64,000 nucleotides of DNA from an uncultured Actinomycetota bacterium (GTDB taxonomy: Bacteria; Actinomycetota; Actinomycetes; Actinomycetales; Dermatophilaceae), in assembly GCA_963696105.1 (NCBI GenBank), contig CAVOIP010000001.1, positions 376,391 through 440,390 of the forward strand, read 5' to 3'. The notes beneath the pieces were generated by a model. That model was not told the DNA's origin. It searched no databases and worked only from the letters and a program-made list of their open reading frames with translations. Each line of letters opens with the position of its first letter. Within the stretch, counting starts at the first letter, position 1. Positions 17,868 to 26,662 of the stretch are shown piece by piece. The position numbers were made by a program, and so were the translations under genes.

Positions 17868-19261
17868 GCGGTGCCGCTGCCGGACTCGCCCTCGCGCAGG
17901 ATCGCATCCAGGGCGGCGTCCAGGTCGTCGCCGCCGCGGGCGCCGCGCACCCGCTCGACGTAGCCGAGGGGGTCGTCGAGATCCGCCGCGGTCGGCGCCA
18001 CGTCGGGGTGCGCCCACGCCCCGTCCCTGGCGGCGACCCCGCCATCGGACTCGAGGGCGGCCCACAGGTTGGCGGCATCGCGCAGCCGGCGCGGGCGCAG
18101 CTCGAGCCCGACCAGGGAGCTGAAGAGGCGCTCGGCCGGGCCTCCGGAGGCCCGGCGACGGCGTACGGCCTCACCCAGAGCGGCACCGTGCGGCAGGTGG
18201 CCGGCGGTGGCCCGCTCGGCCACGACGTCGACCCAGCCCTCGACGAGCGCGAGGTAGGTCTCCAGCCGGCCGAGGGCGGCGCGCTGTGCCGCGCTCGGCT
18301 CGGGGGTGAACAGGGAGTCCGACAGCGCCGACTGCATCGCGGTCGGGTCGGTGGGGTCGACCGACTGCAGCGCCGACTCGATCTGCTCGGTGTCGATGCT
18401 GATGTCGCTGGCGTAGGCCTGCACCGCTGCGACCAGCTGCGGCGCCAGCCACGGCACGTCGGCGAAGAGGCGCACCCGCGCTGCCTCACGGACGGCGATG
18501 TAGAGCCGCACCTCGGGCAGGTCGATCTCCAGGCCCTCGGCGAACGAGGCGATGTTCGCCGGCAGCAGCGCCACGGCGTGCCCCTCGACGAGTGGGAGCC
18601 CGACCTCGGTGCCGCTGAGCAGGTCACCGGCCAGCGCGCCGACGGCCTGGCCCACCTGGGCGCCGAACATGGAGGAGCTCATGCGGGCCAGCATCGGCTC
18701 CATCTGGCCCATCATCGCCCCGACGTCCATCCCGGCGGGCAGTCCCGGCGGCAGCTGGGAGGGGTCCAGGGAGCCCATCTGCCCGCGCATGGCGGCGACG
18801 ATGGCTGCGCTCACGCCCGCGGCGACGGGCTCGACCAGGGTGCGCCATACGGGCATGGTCTGGTCCACCCACTCGGCGCGGCTCCAGGCCCGCGCCGCCA
18901 CGCCGGGCGCCGTGAGCTGGGTGACGTCGTCGAGCCAGAGGCCGGCGACGTGGGCGGCTTCCTCCACCTCACGTCGGGCGGTCGCCCCCAGGCTGGTGTC
19001 GCCGGCGGCGCTGACCGTCTTGCGGGCGACGTCGGTGGCCAGCTCGGCGTTGAACACCTCACCGGGGTCGGAGGAGAACATCGCCTGCAGCTGGGCGCTG
19101 ATCATGCCCATCGCGGCCGGGTCGAGCCGGTCGATGCCCATGGCCTTGAGCGCCTCGGCCAGCTGCGGGTTGTCGGCGTTGCTCCCGAGCAGCTCGCTCA
19201 GCATCTTCTGGAAGTCGGGCTCGTCGGGGTCGGGGGACTGGGGGGTCAGCGAATCAGACAC
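17864..19261 (-). CDS. Zincin_2/DUF2342-family protein (Rv3195-like 'zinc-dependent metalloprotease' family) lacking an HExxH motif
   Basis: 466 aa with an AAGGAG RBS before the GTG at 19261. Where I expect HExxH the sequence reads EVRLYIAVREAARVRLFADVPWL. No HExxH occurs anywhere in the protein. Confidence 0.65.
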   Translation of the reverse strand: MSDSLTPQSPDPDEPDFQKMLSELLGSNADNPQLAEALKAMGIDRLDPAAMGMISAQLQAMFSSDPGEVFNAELATDVARKTVSAAGDTSLGATARREVEEAAHVAGLWLDDVTQLTAPGVAARAWSRAEWVDQTMPVWRTLVEPVAAGVSAAIVAAMRGQMGSLDPSQLPPGLPAGMDVGAMMGQMEPMLARMSSSMFGAQVGQAVGALAGDLLSGTEVGLPLVEGHAVALLPANIASFAEGLEIDLPEVRLYIAVREAARVRLFADVPWLAPQLVAAVQAYASDISIDTEQIESALQSVDPTDPTAMQSALSDSLFTPEPSAAQRAALGRLETYLALVEGWVDVVAERATAGHLPHGAALGEAVRRRRASGGPAERLFSSLVGLELRPRRLRDAANLWAALESDGGVAARDGAWAHPDVAPTAADLDDPLGYVERVRGARGGDDLDAALDAILREGESGSGTA

Positions 19262-19325
19262 GCGGGGCTCCTTGGCCTCCTGAGAGGATGTGCTTCTTCC
19301 CAGACATAACCATGCGGAGGTCACA

Positions 19326-20437
19326 GTGAGTTCCCCCCGGGGCAGGGTTCGCTCTCGGCGCAAGGCGACGACGGTCGCCGTCGCCGGCGCCGCGTCGCCC
19401 GTGGGGGCGCAGATCCTGCAGTCCTTCCTGGTCAGCGCCGCCACCGGCGGACGCACGCGCACCGTCATCGGCCTGGACGAGGAGCGGGGTGCGGGGAGGG
19501 CGCCACCTGGCGGATGGTCGACCTCACCTCCCCCGAGGTCGCAGCCGCCCTCACCGACGTCGACGCGCTGGTGCACGTGGCGACCAGCAGCGACCTCGCC
19601 GCCGACCTCCAGGTGGGCGCCCGGGTGCGCCGTGAGCAGGCGGTGCGCCGGGTGCAGACGCTGGTCACCGCAGCGGCGGCGGCCGGGGTGGAGCACGTCG
19701 TCGTGGTGACGAGCGCCATGACGTACGGCGCGTCGAAGGACAACCCGGTGCCGCTGCCCGAGGACGCGCCGCTGCTGGCCGAGCCGGATGAGGGGCTGGT
19801 CGGTGACCTGCTGGCGGTGGAACACGTGTTGGCCAGGGCCCGGGAGGTCCACCCGGGGCTCGACGTCACCGTGGTGAGGCCGGCAGCGCTCGTCGGCCGG
19901 GGCGTCGACACGGTCACCACCCGCCACTTCGAGGCACCTCGGCTGCTGACCGTCAAGGACTGCACGCCGGCCTGGCAGTTCTGCCACGTGGAGGACCTGG
20001 GCTCGGCCCTGGTCGCCGTCGTCGAGCAGGGGATCGGTCCGGTCGTCACCGTCGCGGCCGAGGGCACGTTGACCCAGGAGCGGGTCGAGCAGGTCAGCGG
20101 GATGCGGCACGTGCAGCTGAGCGAGTCCCTGGCGCTCGGGACCGCCGAGCGGCTGCACCGTGTCGGGGTCCTGCCCGCACCGGCGACGGACCTGGCCTAC
20201 GCCCTGCACCCGTGGGCGGTGTCCTCGCGGACCCTGCGGGAGGCGGGCTGGTCCCCGGCGTACGACAACGAGACCGCGCTCGGAGTCCTCCTGGACGGCA
20301 TCCGCGGGCACCACGCGGTGGGCGGCCGGCGGGTCGACCGCAAGGACGCCGCGCTGGGTGCGGCGAGTGCGGCTGTCGCGCTCGTAGGAACGGCTGCGAT
20401 CATGCGGCGACGGCGGCGCAACGGAGGCGGAGCATGA
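19326..20437 (+). pseudogene. NAD-dependent epimerase/dehydratase (SDR-like) gene interrupted by one frameshift in a G-run near 19491
   Basis: The N-terminus (VAVAGAASPVGAQILQSF..VIGLDEERGAG) is in frame 0 with a GGAGG RBS and GTG at 19326. The remainder (..ATWRMVDLTSPEVAAALTDVDALVHVA...) is in frame 2. The junction gcggggagggc would be in frame with one extra G. Confidence 0.65.
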
Positions 20438-20889
20438 ACCAGCAGACCCGGGACGGGTCGGACGGTGGGGCGCAGGTCGTCCTGGCGGAAGTCCGCGAGG
20501 ACGACCTGTCCCTCGACGAGGTCGTCGCGGCGGTGCGCCATCCGCGCGCCGGCGGCATCGCGACGTTCGTCGGTGTCGTGCGCGAGCACGACCAGGGGGC
20601 CGCCGTGGACGCCCTCGACTACTCCGCGCACCCCACCGCGCCGGACGTGCTGCGCCAGGTGGCCGAGGAGGTCGCCGGCCACCACCCCGTCATCGCCGTG
20701 GCCGCGGTGCACCGCGTCGGACACCTGGAGGTCGGCGACCTGGCGGTGGTCGTGGCGGTCAGCGCCGCCCACCGCGGTACCGCGCTGGAGGCCTGCCGTG
20801 AGCTGATCGACACGCTGAAGGCACGCGTACCCATCTGGAAGCACCAGTTGTTCAGTGACGGCTCCGATGAGTGGGTGGGGCTGCCATGA
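20434..20889 (+). CDS. moaE: Molybdopterin synthase catalytic subunit MoaE
   Basis: GGIATFVGVVRE..., HLEVGDLAVVVAVSAAHRG and ARVPIWKHQLFSDGSDEWVG are present. The ATG overlaps the upstream stop (ATGA). Confidence 0.8.
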   Translation: MNQQTRDGSDGGAQVVLAEVREDDLSLDEVVAAVRHPRAGGIATFVGVVREHDQGAAVDALDYSAHPTAPDVLRQVAEEVAGHHPVIAVAAVHRVGHLEVGDLAVVVAVSAAHRGTALEACRELIDTLKARVPIWKHQLFSDGSDEWVGLP

Positions 20890-21977
20890 GCGACGCCCCC
20901 GGGCCGTCCACCGGCATGAGCCGGCGCACCGGAGGCTGGCTCGTCGCGCTGTTCGTCGGGGTGGCCCTCGCCGCGCTGCTGAGCCTGATCCACCTGCCCT
21001 ACGCGATCCTCAAGCCCGGCCCGGTGACCAACACCCTCGGGGAGGTCAGCGCGAACAAGCCGTTGATCCAGGTCAGCGACGCCCGCACCTACCCGACGTC
21101 CGGCGTCCTCGACTTCACCACCGTGGCCGTCTACGGCGGCCCCCAGCACCCGGTCAACGTCTGGGACGTGCTCTGGGGCCTGGTCGACCACAGTGCGCAC
21201 GTCGTGCCGGAGCAGGCCATGTTCCCCCAGGGCACGACCAGCAAGGAGGTCGAGGAGGAGAACACCGCCGAGATGGTGGACTCCCAGCAGGAGGCGATCG
21301 CCGTCGCGCTGCGGGCCACGGGGGCCAAGGTGCCCGAGGTCATCAGCATCGCCCAGGTCCCGGACAGCTCACCCTCCAAGGGCGTCCTGCGGGCCGGTGA
21401 CCAGCTGGTGAGCGTCGACGGGGTGCCGGCGAACAGCACGGAGGCGGTGCGCGGCGCGGTCCAGAGGCACAAGCCCGGAGAGACGGTCGCGGTGACCGTC
21501 CGCCGGGACGGGACCGTCCGGCAGCTCAAGGCCCGCACGGCCGACGCAGACGGCACGACGATCCTCGGCGTGCTGCTGCGCACCCGGTTCGACTTCCCGG
21601 TCAAGGTCAGCATCAACGCCGGTGACGTCGGCGGCCCGTCCGCGGGGATGATGTTCTCGCTGGCCGTCTTCGACAAGCTCACCCCCGGAGCCCTGACCGG
21701 CGGCGCGAACATCGCCGGCACCGGCACCATCGCCGGCGACGGCGCGGTCGGCCCGATCGGCGGGATCCAGCAGAAGCTGTACGGCGCGCGCAACGGCGGC
21801 GCCCGCTGGTTCCTGGCGCCGGCCTCGAACTGCAACGAGGTCGTCGGGCACGTCCCGGACGGGCTGCGGGTCGTCAAGGTCTCGACGTTCGCGCAGGCCC
21901 GCTCCGCCGTCGAGGCCATCGCCGCCAGGAAGGGGGACGCGCTGCCGACCTGCACCGCCGTGGCGGCGGCCGGGTAG
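20886..21977 (+). CDS. PDZ domain-containing Lon-like (S16) serine protease, YlbL/Rv3194c type
   Basis: An N-terminal TM helix is followed by a PDZ segment (VLRAGDQLVSVDGVP). The Lon protease domain has GDVGGPSAGMMFSLAVFDKLT...GTGTI..DGAVGPIGGIQQKL. Confidence 0.8.
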   Translation: MSDAPGPSTGMSRRTGGWLVALFVGVALAALLSLIHLPYAILKPGPVTNTLGEVSANKPLIQVSDARTYPTSGVLDFTTVAVYGGPQHPVNVWDVLWGLVDHSAHVVPEQAMFPQGTTSKEVEEENTAEMVDSQQEAIAVALRATGAKVPEVISIAQVPDSSPSKGVLRAGDQLVSVDGVPANSTEAVRGAVQRHKPGETVAVTVRRDGTVRQLKARTADADGTTILGVLLRTRFDFPVKVSINAGDVGGPSAGMMFSLAVFDKLTPGALTGGANIAGTGTIAGDGAVGPIGGIQQKLYGARNGGARWFLAPASNCNEVVGHVPDGLRVVKVSTFAQARSAVEAIAARKGDALPTCTAVAAAG

Positions 21978-22030
21978 CGGCCCCTGGTGCCTCGGCGCCT
22001 GGCGGTGTGCCCGCCGGGGTGGCCGCCGGC

Positions 22031-22579
22031 TCAGTCCTCCAGCGTGGCGCTCAGGGCGTGGACCAGCCCGGGCGCGATGTCCTGGCCCATGGCGACCCGG
22101 TCGTCGGTGTCGTGCTCACGCTGCCGCAGCAGGCAGGTGGACTCGCCGTCGCGCAGCACCGCCACGAGCAGCCGCACGTCCTTGCGGTCCGGGTGCGCCG
22201 CCAGGGCCTCCGCCGCCTGCTCGGGCTGCTCGGGCAGTCCCTGCTCCGCCTCCGGCGGGACGACGATGCGCTCGACCGCCAGGGCGACGCCGTCGACGTC
22301 GGCCGGCCAGGCGAGGCGACCGAGCAGGGACTCCAGGGACGAGGTCCGTGGCAGGCCCTCCTGCTCGACGGCGGTGAGGGCGTCCGGGTCCTCGGTGCTC
22401 AGCTGCGCCCGCAGCTGCGGCTCCTGCTCGACCAGGCCGGCGGTGCGGACGAGGGCGAACAACCGCGGCGGCTGGTCCCAGCCGCCGGACGCGACGTGGC
22501 GCTCGGTTTCGAGGGCGGCGGTCACGAGGGGGCTGAAGATGGGCTGCGGCGCACTGGTCACGCCCTTATGCTGCCGCAT
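22031..22579 (-). CDS. PPA1309-family protein (conserved actinobacterial protein of unknown function)
   Basis: 182 aa: ..LVTAALETERHVASGGWDQPPRLFALV...DGVALAVERIV. It is divergent from the UPF0182 gene, as in other actinobacteria. The 946-aa track ORF is a shadow extension. Confidence 0.6.
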   Translation of the reverse strand: MRQHKGVTSAPQPIFSPLVTAALETERHVASGGWDQPPRLFALVRTAGLVEQEPQLRAQLSTEDPDALTAVEQEGLPRTSSLESLLGRLAWPADVDGVALAVERIVVPPEAEQGLPEQPEQAAEALAAHPDRKDVRLLVAVLRDGESTCLLRQREHDTDDRVAMGQDIAPGLVHALSATLED

Positions 22580-22669
22580 CCGCGCAGGAGGACGGGAACC
22601 GCACGGCCGCTCGGTAAGTTGGACCCACAAGGCAGCATCAGGCAGGACAGACCGGGATCGGGCGTCGCA

Positions 22670-25600
22670 GTGAGTTCTAGAGACTTCTTTGGTCGAGGCG
22701 GTTCGGGCGACGGCCCCGGCGGCGGCGGTCACGGAGGCCCGGGTGGTCCGGGCCGCTCCGGCGGATCCCGCGGGGCCGCTGGTCGCGGAGGCGGCCTCGG
22801 TCGCCGGCAGGGCCTGGCGCGCCGCGGTCCGCTCGTGCCGACCATCGCGATCCTCGTGGCCGTGATCGTGCTCGTGACGATCCTGGCGCAGCTGTGGACC
22901 GAGGTGCTGTGGTTCGACAGCGTCGGGTTCTCGACCGTGTTCCGGGTCGAGGTGATCACCAAGGTGCTGCTGTTCATCGTCGGCGCCCTCATCGCCGCCG
23001 CGCTCGTGGCCTCCAGCCTGGTCATCGGCTACCGCACCCGGCCGGTCTACCCGCCGGTGTCCGAGGAACAGCAGAACCTCGACCACTACCGCGAGATGCT
23101 CGACCCGTTGCGCCGCCTCGCCACGGTCGTCGCGCCGGCCCTGCTCGGCCTGTTCGCCGGCTCCGCCGCAGCCAGCCAGTGGCAGGTCTTCTCCCTGTGG
23201 CACAACCGCGTCCCCTTCGGCTCCAAGGACGCGCAGTTCGGCCTGGACATCGGCTTCTTCGTCTTCACCCTGCCGTGGCTGCGGTTCATCGTCGGCTTCC
23301 TGACGATGGTGATCGTCCTGGCCCTGATCGCCGCCGCCATCACCCACTACGTGTACGGCGGCCTCCAGCTGCAGTCCCGCGGCGAGCGCACCACGACCGC
23401 CGCGCGCGTGCACCTGTCGCTGCTGCTCGCGGCGCTGGTGCTCGTCCGCGCCGCCAGCTACTGGCTGGACCGCTACTCGCTGACCACCAAGGACTCCCGC
23501 CTCATCACCGGCCTGACCTACACCGACCAGCACGCGGTGATGCCCACCAAGGCGATCCTCGCCGTGGCGGCGCTGATGTGCGCGGTGCTGTTCGTCGCGA
23601 CCATCTGGACGCACTCCTGGCGCCTGCCCGCCATCGGCGTCGGCCTGCTGGTCGTGTGCGCCATCGCCGTCGGGGGCATCTACCCGGCCGTGGTGCAGAG
23701 CTTCAAGGTCAAGCCCTCGGAGAAGTCCCTGGAGGCGCCCTACATCGACCGCAACATCAAGGCGACGCGCGCGGCGTACGGCCTGGCGGACGCGGACGCG
23801 ACCGAGTACAAGGCGAGCACCACCGCGACCCGCGGACAGCTGCGCAACGACGCCGACACGATCCCCGGGGTCCGGTTGGTCGACCCCTCCGTGGTGGCGC
23901 CGACGTTCAAGCAGCTGCAGGCGGTCAAGTCCTACTACCAGTTCCCCGACGTGCTCGACGTCGACCGCTACAAGATCGACGGCAAGCTGCGCGACACCGT
24001 GATCGCCACCCGCGAGCTGGACCTCAACGGGTTGCCCCCCGGGCAGCGCAACTGGGTCAACGACCACACGGTCTACACCCACGGCTTCGGCGTCGTGGCC
24101 GCGTACGGCAACCAGCGTGGTGACGACGGGCAGCCGGTCTTCTACGAGCAGAACATCCCGCCGGTGGGCCCGCTCGGCCCCTTCGAGCCGCGGATCTACT
24201 TCGGCGAGTCCTCTCCGGACTACTCCATCGTCGGCGGCCCCAAGGGCGGACCGCAGAAGGAGCTGGACTACCCCGACAGCAGCGCCATCGGGCAGCAGAA
24301 CACCACCTACACCGGCAACGGCGGGGTGAGCATCGGCAGCCTCGCCCGCAAGGCGGCCTACGCGATCAAGTACCGCGAGCTGAAGATCATGCTGTCGGAC
24401 ACCGTCAACGGCCAGTCCCGGCTGCTGGACCACCGCACCCCCCGTGAGCGGGTGGAGCGGGTGGCCCCGTGGCTGACGCTGGACGGCAACGCCTACCCGG
24501 CCGTGGTCCAGGGCCGGGTGCAGTGGATCCTCGACGGCTACACGACCTCCAGCCACTACCCCTACTCGCGGCTGCAGTCGATCGACGAGTCCACGTCCGA
24601 CTCGCTGACCGCGCGCTCGCGCAGCGTGCAGGCGATCGACGCCGGCCAGGTCAACTACATCCGGAACTCGGTCAAGGCCACGGTCGATGCCTACAGCGGC
24701 GCGGTCAAGCTCTACGCGTGGGACGAGCAGGACCCGCTGCTCAAGGCCTGGAGCAAGACGTTCCCCGGCACGGTGCAGCCGCTGTCGGCGATCAGCGGCG
24801 ACCTCATGTCGCACCTGCGCTACCCCGAGGACCTGTTCAAGGTGCAGCGCTCGCTGATGGCCCGCTACCACGTCACCGACCCGGGCGCCTTCTTCGGCGG
24901 GCAGGACTACTGGACGGTGCCGAGCGACCCCACCCAGGAGCAGCGCCAGGTGCCGCAGCCGCCCTACTACCTCAGCGTCGCCATGCCGGGGCAGCCCGCA
25001 CCGTCGTTCTCCCTGACGACGACGTTCATGCCACAGGGGGACCGGCCCGTCCTGGCGGGGTTCATGGCGGTCGACGCCAACGCGGGCGACGCCACCGGCA
25101 AGAAGCGCGCCGACTACGGCAAGATGCGCCTGCTCGAGCTGCCCCGTGACACGACGGTCAAGGGCCCGGGGCAGGTGCAGAACGACATCGAGTCCTCCAA
25201 CATCGGCTCGCCCCGGTTCACCCAGACGCTGTCTCAGTTCCTGACGCTGAACCGCACGCAGGAGGGCTCGCAGGTCACGCTCGGCAACCAGCTGACCCTC
25301 CCCGTGGGTGGTGGCCTGCTCTACGTCGAGCCGATCTACGTCAGCGCCAGGACGGGCTCCTCCTACCCGCTGTCACGCGCGGTCGTGGTCGCGTTCGGCA
25401 ACCAGCTCGCGTGGTCCGACACGCTCGCCGGCGCCCTCGACGGGCTCTTCGGCGGCAGCTCGGGAGCGGTCGCCGGTGACGCCGGCGCGGGCGGCGGTAC
25501 GACGACACCGCCGCCGGCCACCGGGGGCGGCACACCCGCCCAGCAGTCCGCGGCGCTGAAGGCGGCGCTGGCGGACGTGCAGAAGGCGTTCACCGACGGC

Positions 25601-25759
25601 CAGGACGCGCTCAAGAAGGGTGACTGGACGGCGTACGGCGAGGCCCAGAAGCGGCTGCAGAACGCGATCCAGGAGGCCGTGGCCGCGCAGCCGACCGGGT
25701 CGGTGACGGTCCCGACGCCGTCGGGTACGGCGACCCCGACCCCGACCCCCACGAAGTAG
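22670..25759 (+). CDS. UPF0182-family large integral membrane protein (Rv3193c-like)
   Basis: 1029 aa from the GTG at 22670. A Gly-rich N-terminus is followed by multiple TM helices (WTEVLWFDSVGF...) and a large extracytoplasmic domain. The C-terminus is low-complexity. Confidence 0.8.
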   Translation: MSSRDFFGRGGSGDGPGGGGHGGPGGPGRSGGSRGAAGRGGGLGRRQGLARRGPLVPTIAILVAVIVLVTILAQLWTEVLWFDSVGFSTVFRVEVITKVLLFIVGALIAAALVASSLVIGYRTRPVYPPVSEEQQNLDHYREMLDPLRRLATVVAPALLGLFAGSAAASQWQVFSLWHNRVPFGSKDAQFGLDIGFFVFTLPWLRFIVGFLTMVIVLALIAAAITHYVYGGLQLQSRGERTTTAARVHLSLLLAALVLVRAASYWLDRYSLTTKDSRLITGLTYTDQHAVMPTKAILAVAALMCAVLFVATIWTHSWRLPAIGVGLLVVCAIAVGGIYPAVVQSFKVKPSEKSLEAPYIDRNIKATRAAYGLADADATEYKASTTATRGQLRNDADTIPGVRLVDPSVVAPTFKQLQAVKSYYQFPDVLDVDRYKIDGKLRDTVIATRELDLNGLPPGQRNWVNDHTVYTHGFGVVAAYGNQRGDDGQPVFYEQNIPPVGPLGPFEPRIYFGESSPDYSIVGGPKGGPQKELDYPDSSAIGQQNTTYTGNGGVSIGSLARKAAYAIKYRELKIMLSDTVNGQSRLLDHRTPRERVERVAPWLTLDGNAYPAVVQGRVQWILDGYTTSSHYPYSRLQSIDESTSDSLTARSRSVQAIDAGQVNYIRNSVKATVDAYSGAVKLYAWDEQDPLLKAWSKTFPGTVQPLSAISGDLMSHLRYPEDLFKVQRSLMARYHVTDPGAFFGGQDYWTVPSDPTQEQRQVPQPPYYLSVAMPGQPAPSFSLTTTFMPQGDRPVLAGFMAVDANAGDATGKKRADYGKMRLLELPRDTTVKGPGQVQNDIESSNIGSPRFTQTLSQFLTLNRTQEGSQVTLGNQLTLPVGGGLLYVEPIYVSARTGSSYPLSRAVVVAFGNQLAWSDTLAGALDGLFGGSSGAVAGDAGAGGGTTTPPPATGGGTPAQQSAALKAALADVQKAFTDGQDALKKGDWTAYGEAQKRLQNAIQEAVAAQPTGSVTVPTPSGTATPTPTPTK

Positions 25760-25766
25760 GCGCGGC

Positions 25767-26051
25767 GTGGCCCTCCTCCTGCTGGTCGCCGGCTGCGTGA
25801 CGGCGTTCCGCCTGGTCTACCGGTCTGGCGTCCCGGACAGGGTCGGGGCGCACCGGGGCCTGCGGGCCTCGCTCGCCCTGCTCCTGGTCGCGGTGGCCGT
25901 CATGGTGGCCGCCAACGCGGTCGGCGGCAGGGTTGTGCCGGCGCTCGGCATGCTTACCGCCGGCGTGCTGCTCGGCGTGGCGGTCGCCATCCGGGAGGCA
26001 CTGCGGGCACGGGAGCGCGAGGAGCAGGAGGGGCTGCGGCCCGAGATCTGA
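25767..26051 (+). CDS. Small membrane protein (2-3 predicted TM helices)
   Basis: 94 aa with very high GC3. Hydrophobic segments are LLLLVAGCV, LALLLVAVAVMVAANAV and LTAGVLLGVAVAI. Confidence 0.6.
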   Translation: MALLLLVAGCVTAFRLVYRSGVPDRVGAHRGLRASLALLLVAVAVMVAANAVGGRVVPALGMLTAGVLLGVAVAIREALRAREREEQEGLRPEI

Positions 26052-26089
26052 GGAGGGAGCCCTGCGGTACGGCGCTCCGGGGTCCCGAT

Positions 26090-26118
26090 TTGGCGCTGGC
26101 GGGAGGTTCACGTAGAGT
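26090..26118 (+). promoter_or_regulatory. Candidate sigma-A-type promoter for the tRNA: -35 TTGGCG, 17-nt spacer, -10 TAGAGT
   Basis: Hexamers were read directly. The -10 ends 12 nt before the mature tRNA 5' end. Confidence 0.45.
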
Positions 26119-26130
26119 TGGGTTCACCGA

Positions 26131-26204
26131 CGCGGGGTGGAGCAGCTCGGTAGCTCGCCGGGCTCATAACCCGGAGGTCGCAGGTTCAAATCCTGCCCCC
26201 GCTA
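26131..26204 (+). tRNA. metU: Initiator tRNA-fMet (anticodon CAT)
   Basis: Folds as a cloverleaf by hand. The anticodon loop is CTCATAA. There are three G:C pairs (G29-31:C39-41), A11:U24, and C1 opposite U72 (unpaired 1:72). The T-arm is GCAGG-TTCAAAT-CCTGC and the discriminator is A. No CCA is encoded (next bases are CAA). Confidence 0.9.
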
Positions 26205-26232
26205 CAACGCAAGACTGCGATTGTAGTTTGAA

Positions 26233-26266
26233 GATCAGCCCCCCAGGCTCGCCTGGGGGGCTGATC
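26233..26266 (+). terminator. Perfect 15-bp-stem hairpin downstream of the tRNA (GATCAGCCCCCCAGG-ctcg-CCTGGGGGGCTGATC)
   Basis: Read directly. The upstream flank is AT-rich and there is no downstream U-tract. Confidence 0.5.
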
Positions 26267-26662
26267 GCGTTCCCGGCGCCTCATCGAGCGGCAGGCCCCG
26301 GCTCCGGTGCCATGGCAGATGCCGACCCGGTGCCACCGCGGATGCGCGCTGCCACCCCGGCACCGTCCCCGCTGCCGTGCTCTGGGCACACCCCGACGGA
26401 CAGCAGCGGGGTGGCCCGCCCCCGGCGGCAGGAAGGCGACTGCGCAGGACCGGCGACCCGGAACAGGTCCGGTGCACACGCGGCCGACCCGGCCGCCGCA
26501 CCACGGAGCGCCCCGATGGTCGGACCCGCCTCCGAGCCGGCTCCGCGCGCTCGGCGCACTGGCTCAAGAGCAGCCGGCCACCACACCGGCGCGACCAGCT
26601 TCGGGCTGGGGTTGACCACGGGCTGTCAGTACCGCCGGAAGCCGCGTTCGTACCATGAGGCG

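Noticed and set aside
26090-26662. N-terminal 190 aa of the 695-aa track ORF that precedes the acyl-CoA ligase domain.
   Set aside because: It runs straight through the tRNA-fMet gene and its hairpin, and it is Arg/Pro-rich. The ligase homology starts near the GTG at 26663.
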